Positions 1 through 12,711 of a DNA stretch of 64,000 bases are shown piece by piece. Position 1 is the stretch's first letter, and each line of letters begins with the position of its first letter. The stretch is from NCBI RefSeq assembly GCF_001949145.1, contig NW_019091360.1:1795599-1859598 (forward strand), written 5' to 3'. Position numbers and translations under genes: made by a program. This DNA comes from Acanthaster planci (lineage: Eukaryota). The notes beneath the pieces were generated by a model. The model worked only from the letters and a program-made list of their open reading frames with translations, had not been told where the DNA came from and did not search any database.

Positions 1-2115
1 CGCTTCATTTTCAGCATGCGTTGTTAAAACTATACAAAGAAGTACAATAGTACAAACAGAAGGACACAAACAAATCATCAAAACTGGTACAGTTTCAGGA
101 TACAGAACCTGTATTACCATGCATTATTAGTCGACAGGTACATGTACACAGGCCTATATCCATGACAGTTTTGAAATGTCACAACCCCTGCAGCTGAAGA
201 CCTTGTGATCTGTCCTCCGGGCTCCCAAGCAATCACATACAGTCATGGGATAAACATCACTGCTAATTATCTGCAAAGCATCTCACACTAGCACTTGAGC
301 TTGCTCAGCGCACATTATAGGGCCTACCAGGTTTATGTGTACAGTGCTCATCTCTCCCCGACTGTGGAGTGTGGGTGTTGCAGTCTAGACTCACAAATCT
401 CATTAAAGAGAACACAATCCTGAGTTGTTTCTCGCTCGGAGAAGTGGCAAAACCACAGGGTCCACACAACTGGAGAACCCACAGAATGCATTCTAATATA
501 ATGACTTCTTACACACAGACATGACTCACCCTGTTTGTGCAGTCAGTACACAAAAGCAAAGCATCCATTCTCCAGTGACAAGTTTCATTTCTGGACACCT
601 TTTTACACTGCATGTACATGTGCATGCATGTACATATATGTACCACAAGGGTACATGTACATGCACATTGCACATGCACAAGTCTTCTGCATTCACATTG
701 CTTTTCACTTGATGGCTTTCTCTTCCCCAATAAAACTACCACTTTAGTGCCTCTGCGAGACAAGATGACAACACTGATTTTTTTCTTCTCATTGATGGGG
801 GGAAAACATGCTTATGAACTTGGAACAGGGCTCGGCAGTTCACTTGTCAATAAAATAAAACTTCCTACCACAAAACGAGCAGACTTCACTTGTGAGCTGC
901 TACCCAGCATGGTCTACGAAAAGCCCTCGTACACAAAAACCAGTTGCCAGTGGGGAAAAAATACATGTACAACCGCTGCCGTTCAGCCTCAGCAGACGGG
1001 TTTCACCGGAACTTGCAAATCACCTGTTAACGGTCTGCTTTGCAACCACAAATGGTGACCACTTCCAACAACAATGGTAACCTACAGTAGCATACACTGG
1101 CCAGCCACTGACTACATCCCACCACCCCTACATGTACATCAAACCTACAGAGGCATCAAAACATGGGGAGATCTGAGACCTTGAAACACAAAAGAAGAAG
1201 GGAGACAGAACATCAATACCCATGTGTTTTTCTCTTTCTTTCGCAGTGACGCAGATTTTACTGGGATGGGTTTTAAACACCCTGGACACTTTGTTACAAG
1301 AAGTCAATAGCCCGGCTAGGTCATGCGACCAGGTGCTTTAGCAAACCAGATTAGCAAACCACCTTAGAGGAGAGGCCTTGTGTGCAGCACTAACTCCCTT
1401 GATGGTCGCTTGCTCCTTGGCACACGTTTACCATGTGCACAGGTATTAATGGTAGTACACAGCCATCAGTGAACAGTTCCCAGTGCCAGCAAATGTGAAA
1501 AACTCACACACTACGGAACATGGACAGTACCCCCACTGTAAGCCGGAAGTGTTGCCCAATCGCATAGACAAGAGTATCATTGGTTTTTTTGCAATTTTGC
1601 GAAAAAGGCATTACTTCTCTTCTGTTTTTTTTCTTCGTCTTCTGCGCAAAACCCATTTACTTTGTGCATGTTTTTTCCTTGAGACGAATCCCTGGATCAC
1701 AAGAATGTGAGATTTACATCTCCAGGCTTGTTATGTTTTCGGTAGGTACTCTACAATCGTAGAGTAGGTGATGGTTGAGGCCAGCATTCATCAAAGTCAG
1801 GTAGTCAGGTCAAAATCAGGATCATAGGGAAACTGGGACATTAGCCACCCCACCAGTAACACACAGGGTAGAATTACAGGATACCCTGTAATGTGTAACA
1901 TACACAAAGTTTTCCTCCAATAAACTCTCAGCTTTAAACTTTTCGTCAAAGCAAGACTTGAATCTCAAGACTAAAATGTGAAAAGACAGTGGGCGTTTTC
2001 CATTCAACTTAGGCTACTTCATAAGTTCTGAAAGCAAATTTGCCACGGCTGAAGGTCTCATTCAAAATGCAAAAACACACGATTAGACACAACAAAAATA
2101 ATCAGATTTACTCAC

Positions 2116-2344
2116 TAGGCCATCGGCTTCATCAGAGCCCATCCTCAGGCCTGGCATTCCTGACAGTTTGCAGTGCAGGTAAAACTAAAGGTTTTTTTCC
2201 GCCAACAAGCCGGGAAAACACCCCTCACAAAGGGGAACAGGGACGTCCGCCCGACATGCAGCCCTCGGCGGCTCCCGACTCGACAGCCTCAGCAATGAAG
2301 GTCCACACCCACTCGCTCGATAAAAACCCAACCCGCCTCTCACT
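2116..2344 (-). other. Candidate alternative first exon of the minus-strand gene, ending MPGLRMGSDEADGL|gtgagt
   Basis: Small CpG-rich patch in a CpG-poor region, consensus GTGAGT donor, in-frame ATGs after an upstream stop. Confidence 0.35.
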
Positions 2345-5260
2345 CTGCAAAGCTCAATTCAGACAAGGTGGGTGCGGGTTACATACTCTCCCATCTCCCC
2401 AAATGCCGGTTACCCGATTGATACATGTACACTGACTGACGTAAGAACTAAATGACAAAACGATACGAGCCCGGTGCGAGTGCATAACAGAACGGAATCC
2501 TGGTTTAGCCAGCCGCAACCTTCCAAGTTACATAACAATTACACTGCATGCCAGAAACTTTCTCTGGTTAAAGAAATAATTTTAAACCTGTCTGGTGATA
2601 AGGCTAAACCACAACATACACTCACTCCTAAAGCCTTCAACACATGTACACTAGAGCCCAGTATACGCCTCACATGTGCACTGCACATACATGTACCATA
2701 TTTCAAGTTTATGCATACACACATGCAGAAGACTATGCCTTTATATACATACATGTATGCACTCAAAGTTTTCACAGCAATCTGGAATTCCCCCCTGTCA
2801 ATGCATTAGTGCAATCCAACTGAATCAAACTATTTCCCTGAAAAAAAACCGAAAGGAATAATAAAAATAAAAACCCTGAAAAAACACTCCCGGCTACGCC
2901 TCACAAAAGAATAAAAAATAAACAGGTCGTCCAACTTGGCCCGACAGTAAGGATACATGTCGATATGTGCAATATCCTGTTCCCATGTGTAAATGCCTGC
3001 ACCAATTGTCCAGCGTCATCCATCGTTCCAGTGCCTTTCTGGGAAAGCTGCATTTACCTGCACAATTGGGCAGGGTGTCAGAGTACACGTCCTTGTCTTC
3101 AACCTCCACTGCTGGGGGCTCGCTGCCATGTGAGGCCTGTTTATATTGGCAGAACTTGGCTGCCATAGCTTCCTTCATGTACATGTACTTTTACTGCTCA
3201 ATTTAACCACGAGAAAAACTGATTTAAAAATCCTAGTTCTCCCCCCCCCAAAAAAAACACATGCAGTGACAATGTATCACTGCGTGCACATTTTCATGTA
3301 CACTGTACAAGTAGGTACAGACCCTGCACGAATCATTGGCAATTATTTCTATCTAAAATTTAATTTAAAAAATTGGCTATTACTAACCTTAAAATGTGCT
3401 TGCATGTCCACTGAAGTCCGTTAAAACTGTAGGTTTGGCTCTGCCAAATTTTGCCAGAAAAGCGGGGGGATTCAATTTCTAAATGTATGCCTATCAATGA
3501 CAGTTGACTTCATAGGAGAAATCACCCAACTGTGTACATTCGTACAGTATTAATTTCACCTGAGTGCATTTTTCTCACCAATTCTGTGAAAAACCGTTTT
3601 AATTCAAAACACAATGTGCCACTTATGCGGTATTATTCAACAAAATTCTCGGAACTCTGTCTCTATCTTTTTTTTGGGGGGGGGAGAAAGATTTGCAAAC
3701 AAACAGCAACTTACCCATATTTCCATAGCATCATCCTGCAATCACAAATTACACAACATAAATCATGAATTTATTCACCTTGCTCCTTCAAAGTCCACCG
3801 GGAAATTCTCAGGAAGTTGCGGGATTAAGAAATGTGAAGCTCAGTCACTGTCCCTTCAGTCTTAGTACATGTGCAGAGGATGTTCCACTGGGTTCCTGTT
3901 ACTGATCTCTATATGTCATTGTATACATGTACATGTACATGTATACACTTGAGTGAATGGACAGTGGGTGCCCGCACAGAGCGACGGCAAAACAATTCTT
4001 GAAGGGAAGGGGCATTTGTGAGACCATCGGGCATTAAACAACCTGCTCAGAGTGGGAGGTGGGGTACAATTACCACATGTTGAAAAAGAAGTGGGGGGAG
4101 TGGCTCTCCTCCTACTTCCCCCACCAGTGCAGACGCGGTACACACAGGTCATGTACATGTACATGTAGGTATAATGTACATGTAGCATGTATTCATACTC
4201 AAATGAGTGCACTCAAATCTGGTCTTCCTAAAATGGCCTCCTTCTGTGGCTTCTATCCACTATCCAGTCTTTTGTTGAGATCGGGGATCCCAGCTGCAAA
4301 ACAGTGTCCTTTGGGGATCAGACATTGTTTCAAAATTCTCGACTTTCTCTTACTGTAAATGACCTTGAGCCAGGACTTGAAAAGTTCACCAATTCGTTAA
4401 AATATTGTTGTAAGTTTAGTGATGGATAAACGCTCCTGAAATGCACACATGTACATGTACCTCAGGCTGAAATTGAAGCCCAGGATAAACGGTCCTCTTT
4501 TGATGAGCAAACAGAAAGCGCTGCAGCACGAGCTGTTTCGCTTTCACACACACTTCATGTGCTCGGACAGAATGTCAACACAAGCTGCATACACCGAATT
4601 CTTGGAAGTAGCTATTTAAAGAACAGCCAATGACATACATGTAAAAGGCTCTATGCATGTGCATGCACAAGTTTGTTCATGTACATGCACAATGTTAACT
4701 GGCCAGATGTGGAATGTTTTGTTACGTGAATTCAATTCCTTTGGCAAACAGTCACGTCTCGTGAAGTGCAATACAAATATTTTCAGTGGGAGGAAGGAAA
4801 AAAAAAGGACATGTCCTGGTAGAGTATGCCTGCTTGGAAGTTAAATCCCAATACATGTGCATCTACCTGGTACATGTACATGTACATAACATGCACATGT
4901 ACATGAACCCCCAACTGATGACTGTCAGAGAGCCTTCTCTGGGTGTTTCATTCTATATACCAGTAGAAGTAATATACACATTTTGTGTTATTATGGACAC
5001 AAATAACATGTAAGTACATTGTACATATACGTACATGTACACATGTACATTTAAGCAATCTCAGTCAAGTTAACATGTACCGGTACATGTACATGTTCTT
5101 GGATGTACATGTACATGTATCAGTGCATGTAAAGTACATGTATGTAAACCATCTTTGTTCTAACATGTTACGTACATGTACATGATGCAGTACATGTATG
5201 ATGCAGTACATGTACATGTTCGTAAGCTAACTGCCAACATGGTATACTTACCGTACATGT

Positions 5261-7049
5261 GGGTCTTTATTTTAAATACGAAGCCGAATGTGTAACATGG
5301 TTGTCAAAATTTTAAAATTGTCTACACAAATTCAAAACTTGTTGATATGTAATTTATAGTACATACAAAAGTACATGGACAGCGCATAAATGTAAATGAT
5401 TTTTGCTCTGAATAACTACTTGACATGTACAGACTCATTTTGTGCAGTGGTGCAGGAAATTATTTGACGTGTAACAGAGAAACCAAATATGATGGTGCTA
5501 TGCATGTCATTTTTGGTTAGTAAAGGTTTCTTTTCAACTGTTGCCGATTTAGTTTTGTGTACATACCATATATTCTCATTACTAGTAGTTTTTTTCTAGA
5601 TATTGTTTCAGATGGCATAAAAATAGGCAAACATTTTCCCCCAAAATTTACTTTTTGGCAATTTTTTGAATTATTTTGCAAAGTTTCATTTGGTTTAACA
5701 CAAAGTTGCTTAAGTAGCAAATATACAGCACAGCTCGTAGGTATGTATGCCATTCAGCTTGTGCACCTTTGACAGAAACATTAAGTGTTTTGAAGTTTTT
5801 AGTTTAAAGAGCTTTATGACTCATTTCAGGTATAACAGAGAAACCGGTTTCTCCGTTACACATGAGAAAACTGTCACATTACAAACATTAATTTACACTG
5901 GGAACCGCATTAGATTTTGTTGTAACAATGGCAACAACATTTTCATGTCTGCAGTCAATGAATAGTGATCTCAAATAAATTAGGGATACAAATATACTCT
6001 AAAACCTGTCCATATTTCCAATGAATGGGAATTAATGGGAAGCAATTTTGATGTCATAAAGCATTACAACTGTCACCAAACATTGCACATATTGCAGTGG
6101 GTCCAACATTTGTGAATAAAAAAGAAACCTTTTATAATGAAAGGGGAGAAGGGGAGAACTGTTTCCTTTCTTCCGTACGCTCATTTTTATTTGTAAGTTT
6201 TAAGTGGCTATTGTGCTCCTTTTTTCGGCAAACACGTTTAAATTTCAGGTCAATTTTACCTTTATGTCTTGAGAAGAAACAAGCAACTCGTAACTTTTTG
6301 TCAGAGAGTAACATGCGAGTGACGAAAACTTCGATTGAAATTTCTCGACGTTAAAGGAATGGCGTGAACTTGGCATGTCTGTGTCATGTGACAATCACGT
6401 GACAGTGCATGCAGGCTTGCAATATGATCCCGATTTGGGCCAATGTTGGAAGTTGCACAAACGTTTTTGTTTACAACGTAACAATTTCGCGAGTAACCAA
6501 AATATATTTTTATAAGAATCGACAGAGATATCTTCAGAAATGTTTGGAATCTCAGACACAAGTTAGTAGGAAGTACATGTATTTTGGGGAGTACATGTAC
6601 TTAGAGTTGATATTTTAGGTTTTCGAAATGATTTGCAACATCTGTTTGTTTTTAACAGCCTAAAATGATTTTAACTTTGTAACAACTGGAGGAACGAAAT
6701 GTTACATTGTTATTTCAAATTATGAGGGCACCTGTATTTTCAATTAAAATGAATTTCATTTGGAGATTTATCCGATGTCATAATTTACCTTTCTGTTGAT
6801 AGATTAGTTAGCAAATAAACGATGTCACACTAAATACCGAAAAAACAGTGAGAAACAATGAGGTTTTTCCCTTGCAATTATGGTGTAAATCTTTTTTTTA
6901 TGTAAAGAATTCAATGTAATCAACACATATTAACTGACAAATACATATGAAAATTGAATGGGAAAGTGAAACTGGTCTCGTTTTAAATGGTCAAGATAAT
7001 TGTGATGTCCCTGAAATACACATTGGCCCCCATATTGAAATAAAGACCC
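5261..7049. mobile_element. About 1.8-kb non-autonomous DNA transposon with imperfect TIRs
   Basis: gggtctttattttaaatacgaagccgaatgtgt at 5261 is the imperfect inverse of acacattggcccccatattgaaataaagaccc ending at 7049. Confidence 0.55.
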
Positions 7050-9822
7050 ATGTACATGTAAACTGTACATGTATTGTACGAGTACACGTACATGTACAAA
7101 GAATTGGAAAGACCATGTAGGGCAATGGCATACAAGTTCTTTCATAAAAGCCTTCAATATGCACCTGTCTTGAACCTTATTTCCAATTTTTGTTTCACTT
7201 TTTAAAGGGAACATGTACATATGTACTGGTGTTTTGCTGCCTTTATGGTTTTTCATTTTTAGTCCTATTTCCACAGCACTCAAAGAGCAAAATTGTAATG
7301 TCAACCGTGGAAGAACATGTCAATTTTAAATTGGCTTGTGCACAAAGTGCTAGAGTTTGTTCACATTTTGCTGGCCCCAATTTTGTTGCCTTTAGTGATT
7401 TCGAATTGTGTGACTAGGGCAGCAATAATCAGCAACCGGTAGTGATAAGTGAGAAACCCTTTTTTCAGGAATTTTTTTCAATGAGTACATTCTTGGTCCA
7501 CAAAACACACCTGTATTCCGTGCCTGACATGATCACAACATTACCGCCCGCAGCTATCCAGGAAACCAGAGACAATATTGCTTAAATAAAAAGTGCACTT
7601 TTTTTATATAGTCACCTGAAAGGAATGTCAAACACATAGTTTCATTCAGTGACAAAGAGTGTGAAGTTAAAGATAATGGCTGTCAACCCAAACAATCCTT
7701 GTCGCTACATGTACCCTTTCACTTACAAGGCCCAAAATCTACCATAACCCATGAAGTCTACTACATGTACATGTATGTACATGCACTGTAGGCCTACATG
7801 TACAAGTAACATGTAGCCTGTCATGCATTCTGCAATATCAAGTATGCATCCCAGTGGGACATGGGGTCACGGAAGCAAACAGGAAACTGTCACAAGGGCT
7901 GTACAGACGTCATACATGCAGGACTGGCACGTCATCATGGCCTGCTGCTGGGAACACATTTCCTCCTCTCATCCAAAGAGAAAGCGGGGGAGAAGGCATG
8001 ATTGAAAAAAAAAAAATCATAGTCACTACATTTTCTCTCAACTTTTTGGAAATTACTAACCCACACATACTGGTGTTGTGCATGCATACCTGCGCACACG
8101 TACATGTACACCATAATGGTGCGTCGACATACGGATGTCATGCGAGCAGACATCTTCATCCTTCCACGTGGATAATATGTACAATGTCTAGACCAGAGGT
8201 CTGGATAGGGCAAAATATGTTCATTATTTTGTCTGACAGCGGGAGTCAGCTCACTGATTGATTAGAAACGCTTACAAATCTTGTTCCGCATTTTGAGCCA
8301 GGTAACAGGAAGAAATGTACATGTACACATGTCAAAGGTACTTAATACATACATAGCGATGCATACATGTACATGTACATGTAGGTCTAATGAGGCACAA
8401 ATGCCTGCACATGAACACGTACACGTCTGAAAATTCATGGAAAAATTCCAACAACTCAAGTTTCAAGTGGATGACATATTCTGGGAGGCGTACCAGCCAC
8501 AGACTGGTTTCAGGGTGTACTGTTTACATGGACCCAGCGAAGAACTTAGGAAAGGAATATACATGCACTGTTACCCGTCCTGTTAATTTTCAACACCTTT
8601 AATGCACACACATGACATTTACACATTCATACATGTACATTCAGTAACATGTGGATGCCCCTCTAAACATCGAAATATTCGGCAAAAACCTCTCCAGCCC
8701 TTGGTACCGTAGACAGCAAGCAAAGATCTCTTCCAGGTGGTTTATGAGAAACACCATGGAACAAGCTGTAACTGCCAAAAACTCATTAAAGATACACGTA
8801 TTCCATTAAACTTCCTGAAATGCAATCAAATTTGAAGGTTGTTTAATGTTTTTATAATTCAACAGATTGATGGACATTTCTTTGGGAGTAGACAGCTAAT
8901 GGGTGTAAATTTGAGGTCCACATTTCGACACCTGGGTGCTACATGTATTTATGATACATCTACTGCAAATGCTTGGACCATTACGGATTGACACTACTGT
9001 ACGTTTTGTTCGAGCATTTAAAGGTTCAAACATGACTTGTTCTTTATCAAGCAGGAGATCACGGTACCAGCGCTGCTAAATTCAACAGAGAAAAGACTGG
9101 TACATGTATGTAAAGACCACGATGTAACAGCCCAAGAGTCAAGGAACTAAACTCATACACAAGAAACCTGCAGAATTCCAGGTGCTATTATTTATTTTTT
9201 ATGTACATTTATGATATGCATGCACATCATTGTCGAGATCAACAACCGTGACTATCAAAGCTGTTGTTTGCTTCTCTGTGCACCACTTGTGTATCAAAAC
9301 CATCCACACTCGAGCCAAATGGGACAAAGATTGTGACAATAGTCCCACAAACCTATAGCTCCATGGACAGACCAATTCCAAGAACCAACATTAAAATACA
9401 TACATGTACATGTACGTGTACATTCTTTCATGAATGTTAAACACAAATCACAGCGCGTGGCATAGTTTTATTACGAGCAGGCCAGAATGCAGATATTGCA
9501 TACATGTACATCCGAACAGACAAAAAATATTTTAAAAGGTTGTTTACAAGGGGGTACTTTTCAAGATGATGCAATACAAGAGAGTGTGTACTATACATGG
9601 AAGTTTTTTCATTGATTTTCACAGCTACAAGTAAGTACATGTACAGGTGATTAGCTACATGTACATGTCACTTGAAACTCCATTAACAGGGATGTTACTG
9701 TCCGTACAATACATGTACATAAAATAAAAAATGCCAGGCCTACTTGAAAATCTTTTTATGCTCTGGCTTCTGGATACAACAATGCATCACTTGTGCGGTT
9801 CAAACTGATATGTACATGTATC

Positions 9823-10065
9823 GGGCAATTCCAGAAATTAGGGGTCCTAAAGTGTGTAATTTCTGTGTCCCTGATACATCTGACCTTTGTCATCTGACAT
9901 GGAAATATCACCAGAATTAATTTCAAATTACTATTTGCTTGGCAGGTAATTTGCATTAATTCATCACTCTCGGAAATTAGAAAATGTGTTGTGAACGTAC
10001 AAAATCATATGTCAGATGGGACGGGGACACGACAAAAAAAGGACCCCTAATTTCCGGAATTACCC
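9823..10065. mobile_element. MITE with ~26-bp TIRs (GGG termini, possibly PIF/Harbinger-like)
   Basis: gggcaattccagaaattaggggtcct ... aggacccctaatttccggaattaccc; flanks atc/att. Confidence 0.75.
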
Positions 10066-10186
10066 ATTACTCATTATGGGTAAGAGTTGCAAATATTCTA
10101 AGCTAATTTTTGTTTTGCAGAAAGTTACAGCAAAAAATGTGAATAAAAATAACTTGCATGGGTACACTGCAACAAAATAACAGGTT

Positions 10187-10554
10187 TAATAATAATAATT
10201 TATTCATTTATAAAGCACAAATTTCATATGTTCAAATGCACTGTACAATGAAGACATTAAGCAGGGAACAATGAATACATTAAACATGGTTGAGCCGATG
10301 GCATACAAGGGCGCCTCGGACAGCCGCCAAACGTCCCAGATTCACCAACATCAGTAAAGAGGAGACAATAAGAAGCAGTTACAGTTTTAGGGGTGGGAGG
10401 AAAAGCCCAGAGGAATAGTCTGGGTAAAACCCACAGAGTCGGGTAGGGACTGAAAACCCAATCCACATGTGGACCGGGCCGGGAATCGAACCCAGGACCA
10501 CAGAGGTGGAAGTCGAGGAAAGAACTACATTGTATCTTGCCAAACTGACTCCCC
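10187..10554 (-). mobile_element. tRNA-derived SINE with LINE-like 3' tail
   Basis: On the minus strand: B-box GGTTCGATTCC in a tRNA-like head, central gtgggtttt...ttcctcccac segment, and a tail tgtacagtgcatttga...gctttataaatg followed by (TTA)n, resembling L2-mobilised SINE ends. Confidence 0.8.
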
Positions 10555-12157
10555 ATGTACACGCACATGTATTTTTGTCACAAAGAAAAGCACATCAAAC
10601 ATGACTGCAATAACTTTACACTTTTTATGAGCAGACATTTGGTACAATGTACAGGTATAAATGCCCCCCCAACAAAATATTGCTTCCTGCAACATCCTGT
10701 ACATGGCCTCTGAAAACAAAGTTCTGCCATTACAATAGCTAGGAATTCTTTCTTCTTTTAAAAAAAGTTTTAAACTAATTTAGTGTGCAGCTACACGTAT
10801 AGTTTTAATTTGTTAAAAACAACACGAGAAGGGGGAGCTTAGCATTTGTTTCAAATGAAATGAACGACACTTAACACAGAAAAAGGTTGATATCGTAGTT
10901 GCATGCATAAATAAGCCTGTTGAACCTTTTTTCACCTCTCTAAAACTACAATGGACTCATGTTTTCTTTATTTCCAATTTCACACTCAAACTCCCCCCCC
11001 CCGAAAAAAATCAGGTTCGTGCCATCAAAATATTGTTTATTTCAGGAAACTGGGAGCATAACTTTAGTTGGTTTCTTGGTCTGAGCACAAGAGCGTTTGC
11101 TGAAGATTCTTGAACGTCGTCCAGCATCGGATGAGCCACTGGGTTCAAAGATTTTTTTTGGTGTGGGGGGGACAGGGGAAGAGGGCTTGTGTGCACTGAA
11201 ACTGGGCCGAAAACAAAGCCAGGAAGTAGACTTAGCAGCGATCTTCAACAACAGGAAATATGCATTTGCTAAGAAATGTGAACATCACGGTGGAGTTTGT
11301 CGTTTGTTACTCAATACGCATGTTACAAATATACATGTATGCTCATATCATGTATAGCTCAGCCATGAATGCACAGAAGTACAACGTGCTGAACGGCGTT
11401 GGGTTCTTCTTAACTAAATTTCCCTCCGAAATTCTGCGCTCCCACATTCTATATTTTTTTTAGAACAGTCATACTCATATGGTAATAGCCATCTCAATAC
11501 TGCTCTTTGGTATGGAATCAACCACATCAGCAAATTCAGATTCAAACATTCATATGTGGATCATTCTACAAATTTGGGGTCCAATGTTCTTGTGCCCCTG
11601 TTCAATCTGGTGTAGGATTTTACAAAGAATGCATTCTTTAATTTCCAAATTACCAAATACAAATTATCCATCAAACAAATACAGTTTTATGCTAATTTCA
11701 ACTACATTTCTGAGTCCAATTACACAGGTGTAACAGGGACAGAAAAGTGTCACGCGTCGGACCCAAATTTTATCGCATGACCAACTTGCAAAAAGAAATG
11801 ACACACATTAACTACATGTACATGTGTACATGTACATGTAAGTGCCAGCATGGCAGGCGTATGTACATGTATTAAGCCTGTTCCATATTCATTTCTTTTT
11901 ATATCGCAATATCAAGAAAAATATCGCTATTACTATCGCTATACCGATATTATCGTGATGACGTCATTTTCCATTCATAAAATAAACATGGCCGAAATCA
12001 CCATTACGTCTTGAGAGCCACGTAAAAAAAAAAAGATGTATATGAATGTATTATCTCTATATTTAGAACTCTAATGTTGGTGGACAGCAAATTTCTACAT
12101 GGAAATTGTGACATGAAATTATCATATCATATCATATCATGGCACCGTACGGAAAAA

Positions 12158-12463
12158 AGGCAACCCCCCAAATGGACAGAGCACATGCATGTTACTAGAG
12201 GGGCTATTCACCTCACCTCATTTCTAAGTTGGCATTTCTAAGTCACTGTTCATTTCTCACAAGTTGGCATGTTTCACTCGGTCCCATTTTTACAAGACCA
12301 CAAAAATCCTTTGTGTAAGTCAGCATTAAAAACAATCGCGATTCGGTATTGGTTTCCTTCGCCGTGGTTGCCAAGAAGCGTCAAGTGACAAGCCTCACAC
12401 TGCTCGTGACTGATGTCTGTTTATTAACAGACGCATGCGCTCTGTCCATTTTGGGGGTCACCT
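12158..12463. mobile_element. MITE with ~33-bp TIRs
   Basis: aggcaaccccccaaatggacagagcacatgcatgt versus acgcatgcgctctgtccattttgggggtcacct. Confidence 0.75.
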
Positions 12464-12494
12464 CAGTGAACTAACTTAACCGCTGTGCATGTAC

Positions 12495-12711
12495 GGCCGT
12501 TTTCCAATATTCAACTTCATCTCTGTCTCAGCCTTGAACTGTTGTACGCGCAATAGCAAGTTTGACAGAGGCACAAAACATCAAGTAAGATGCAAAAGAG
12601 CCAAACATTGCAGTTCTTCAATTTAATTGAAACACTTCAGGCCCACAATCGGGAATTGGTTTTGGAGACAAAACCTGAGACGGAGATGAAGCGGAGTATT
12701 GGAAAATGGCC
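12495..12711. mobile_element. MITE with ~37-bp TIRs and 3-bp TSD tac (PIF/Harbinger-like)
   Basis: tac|ggccgttttccaatattcaacttcatctctgtctcag ... ctgagacggagatgaagcggagtattggaaaatggcc|tac. Confidence 0.8.
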
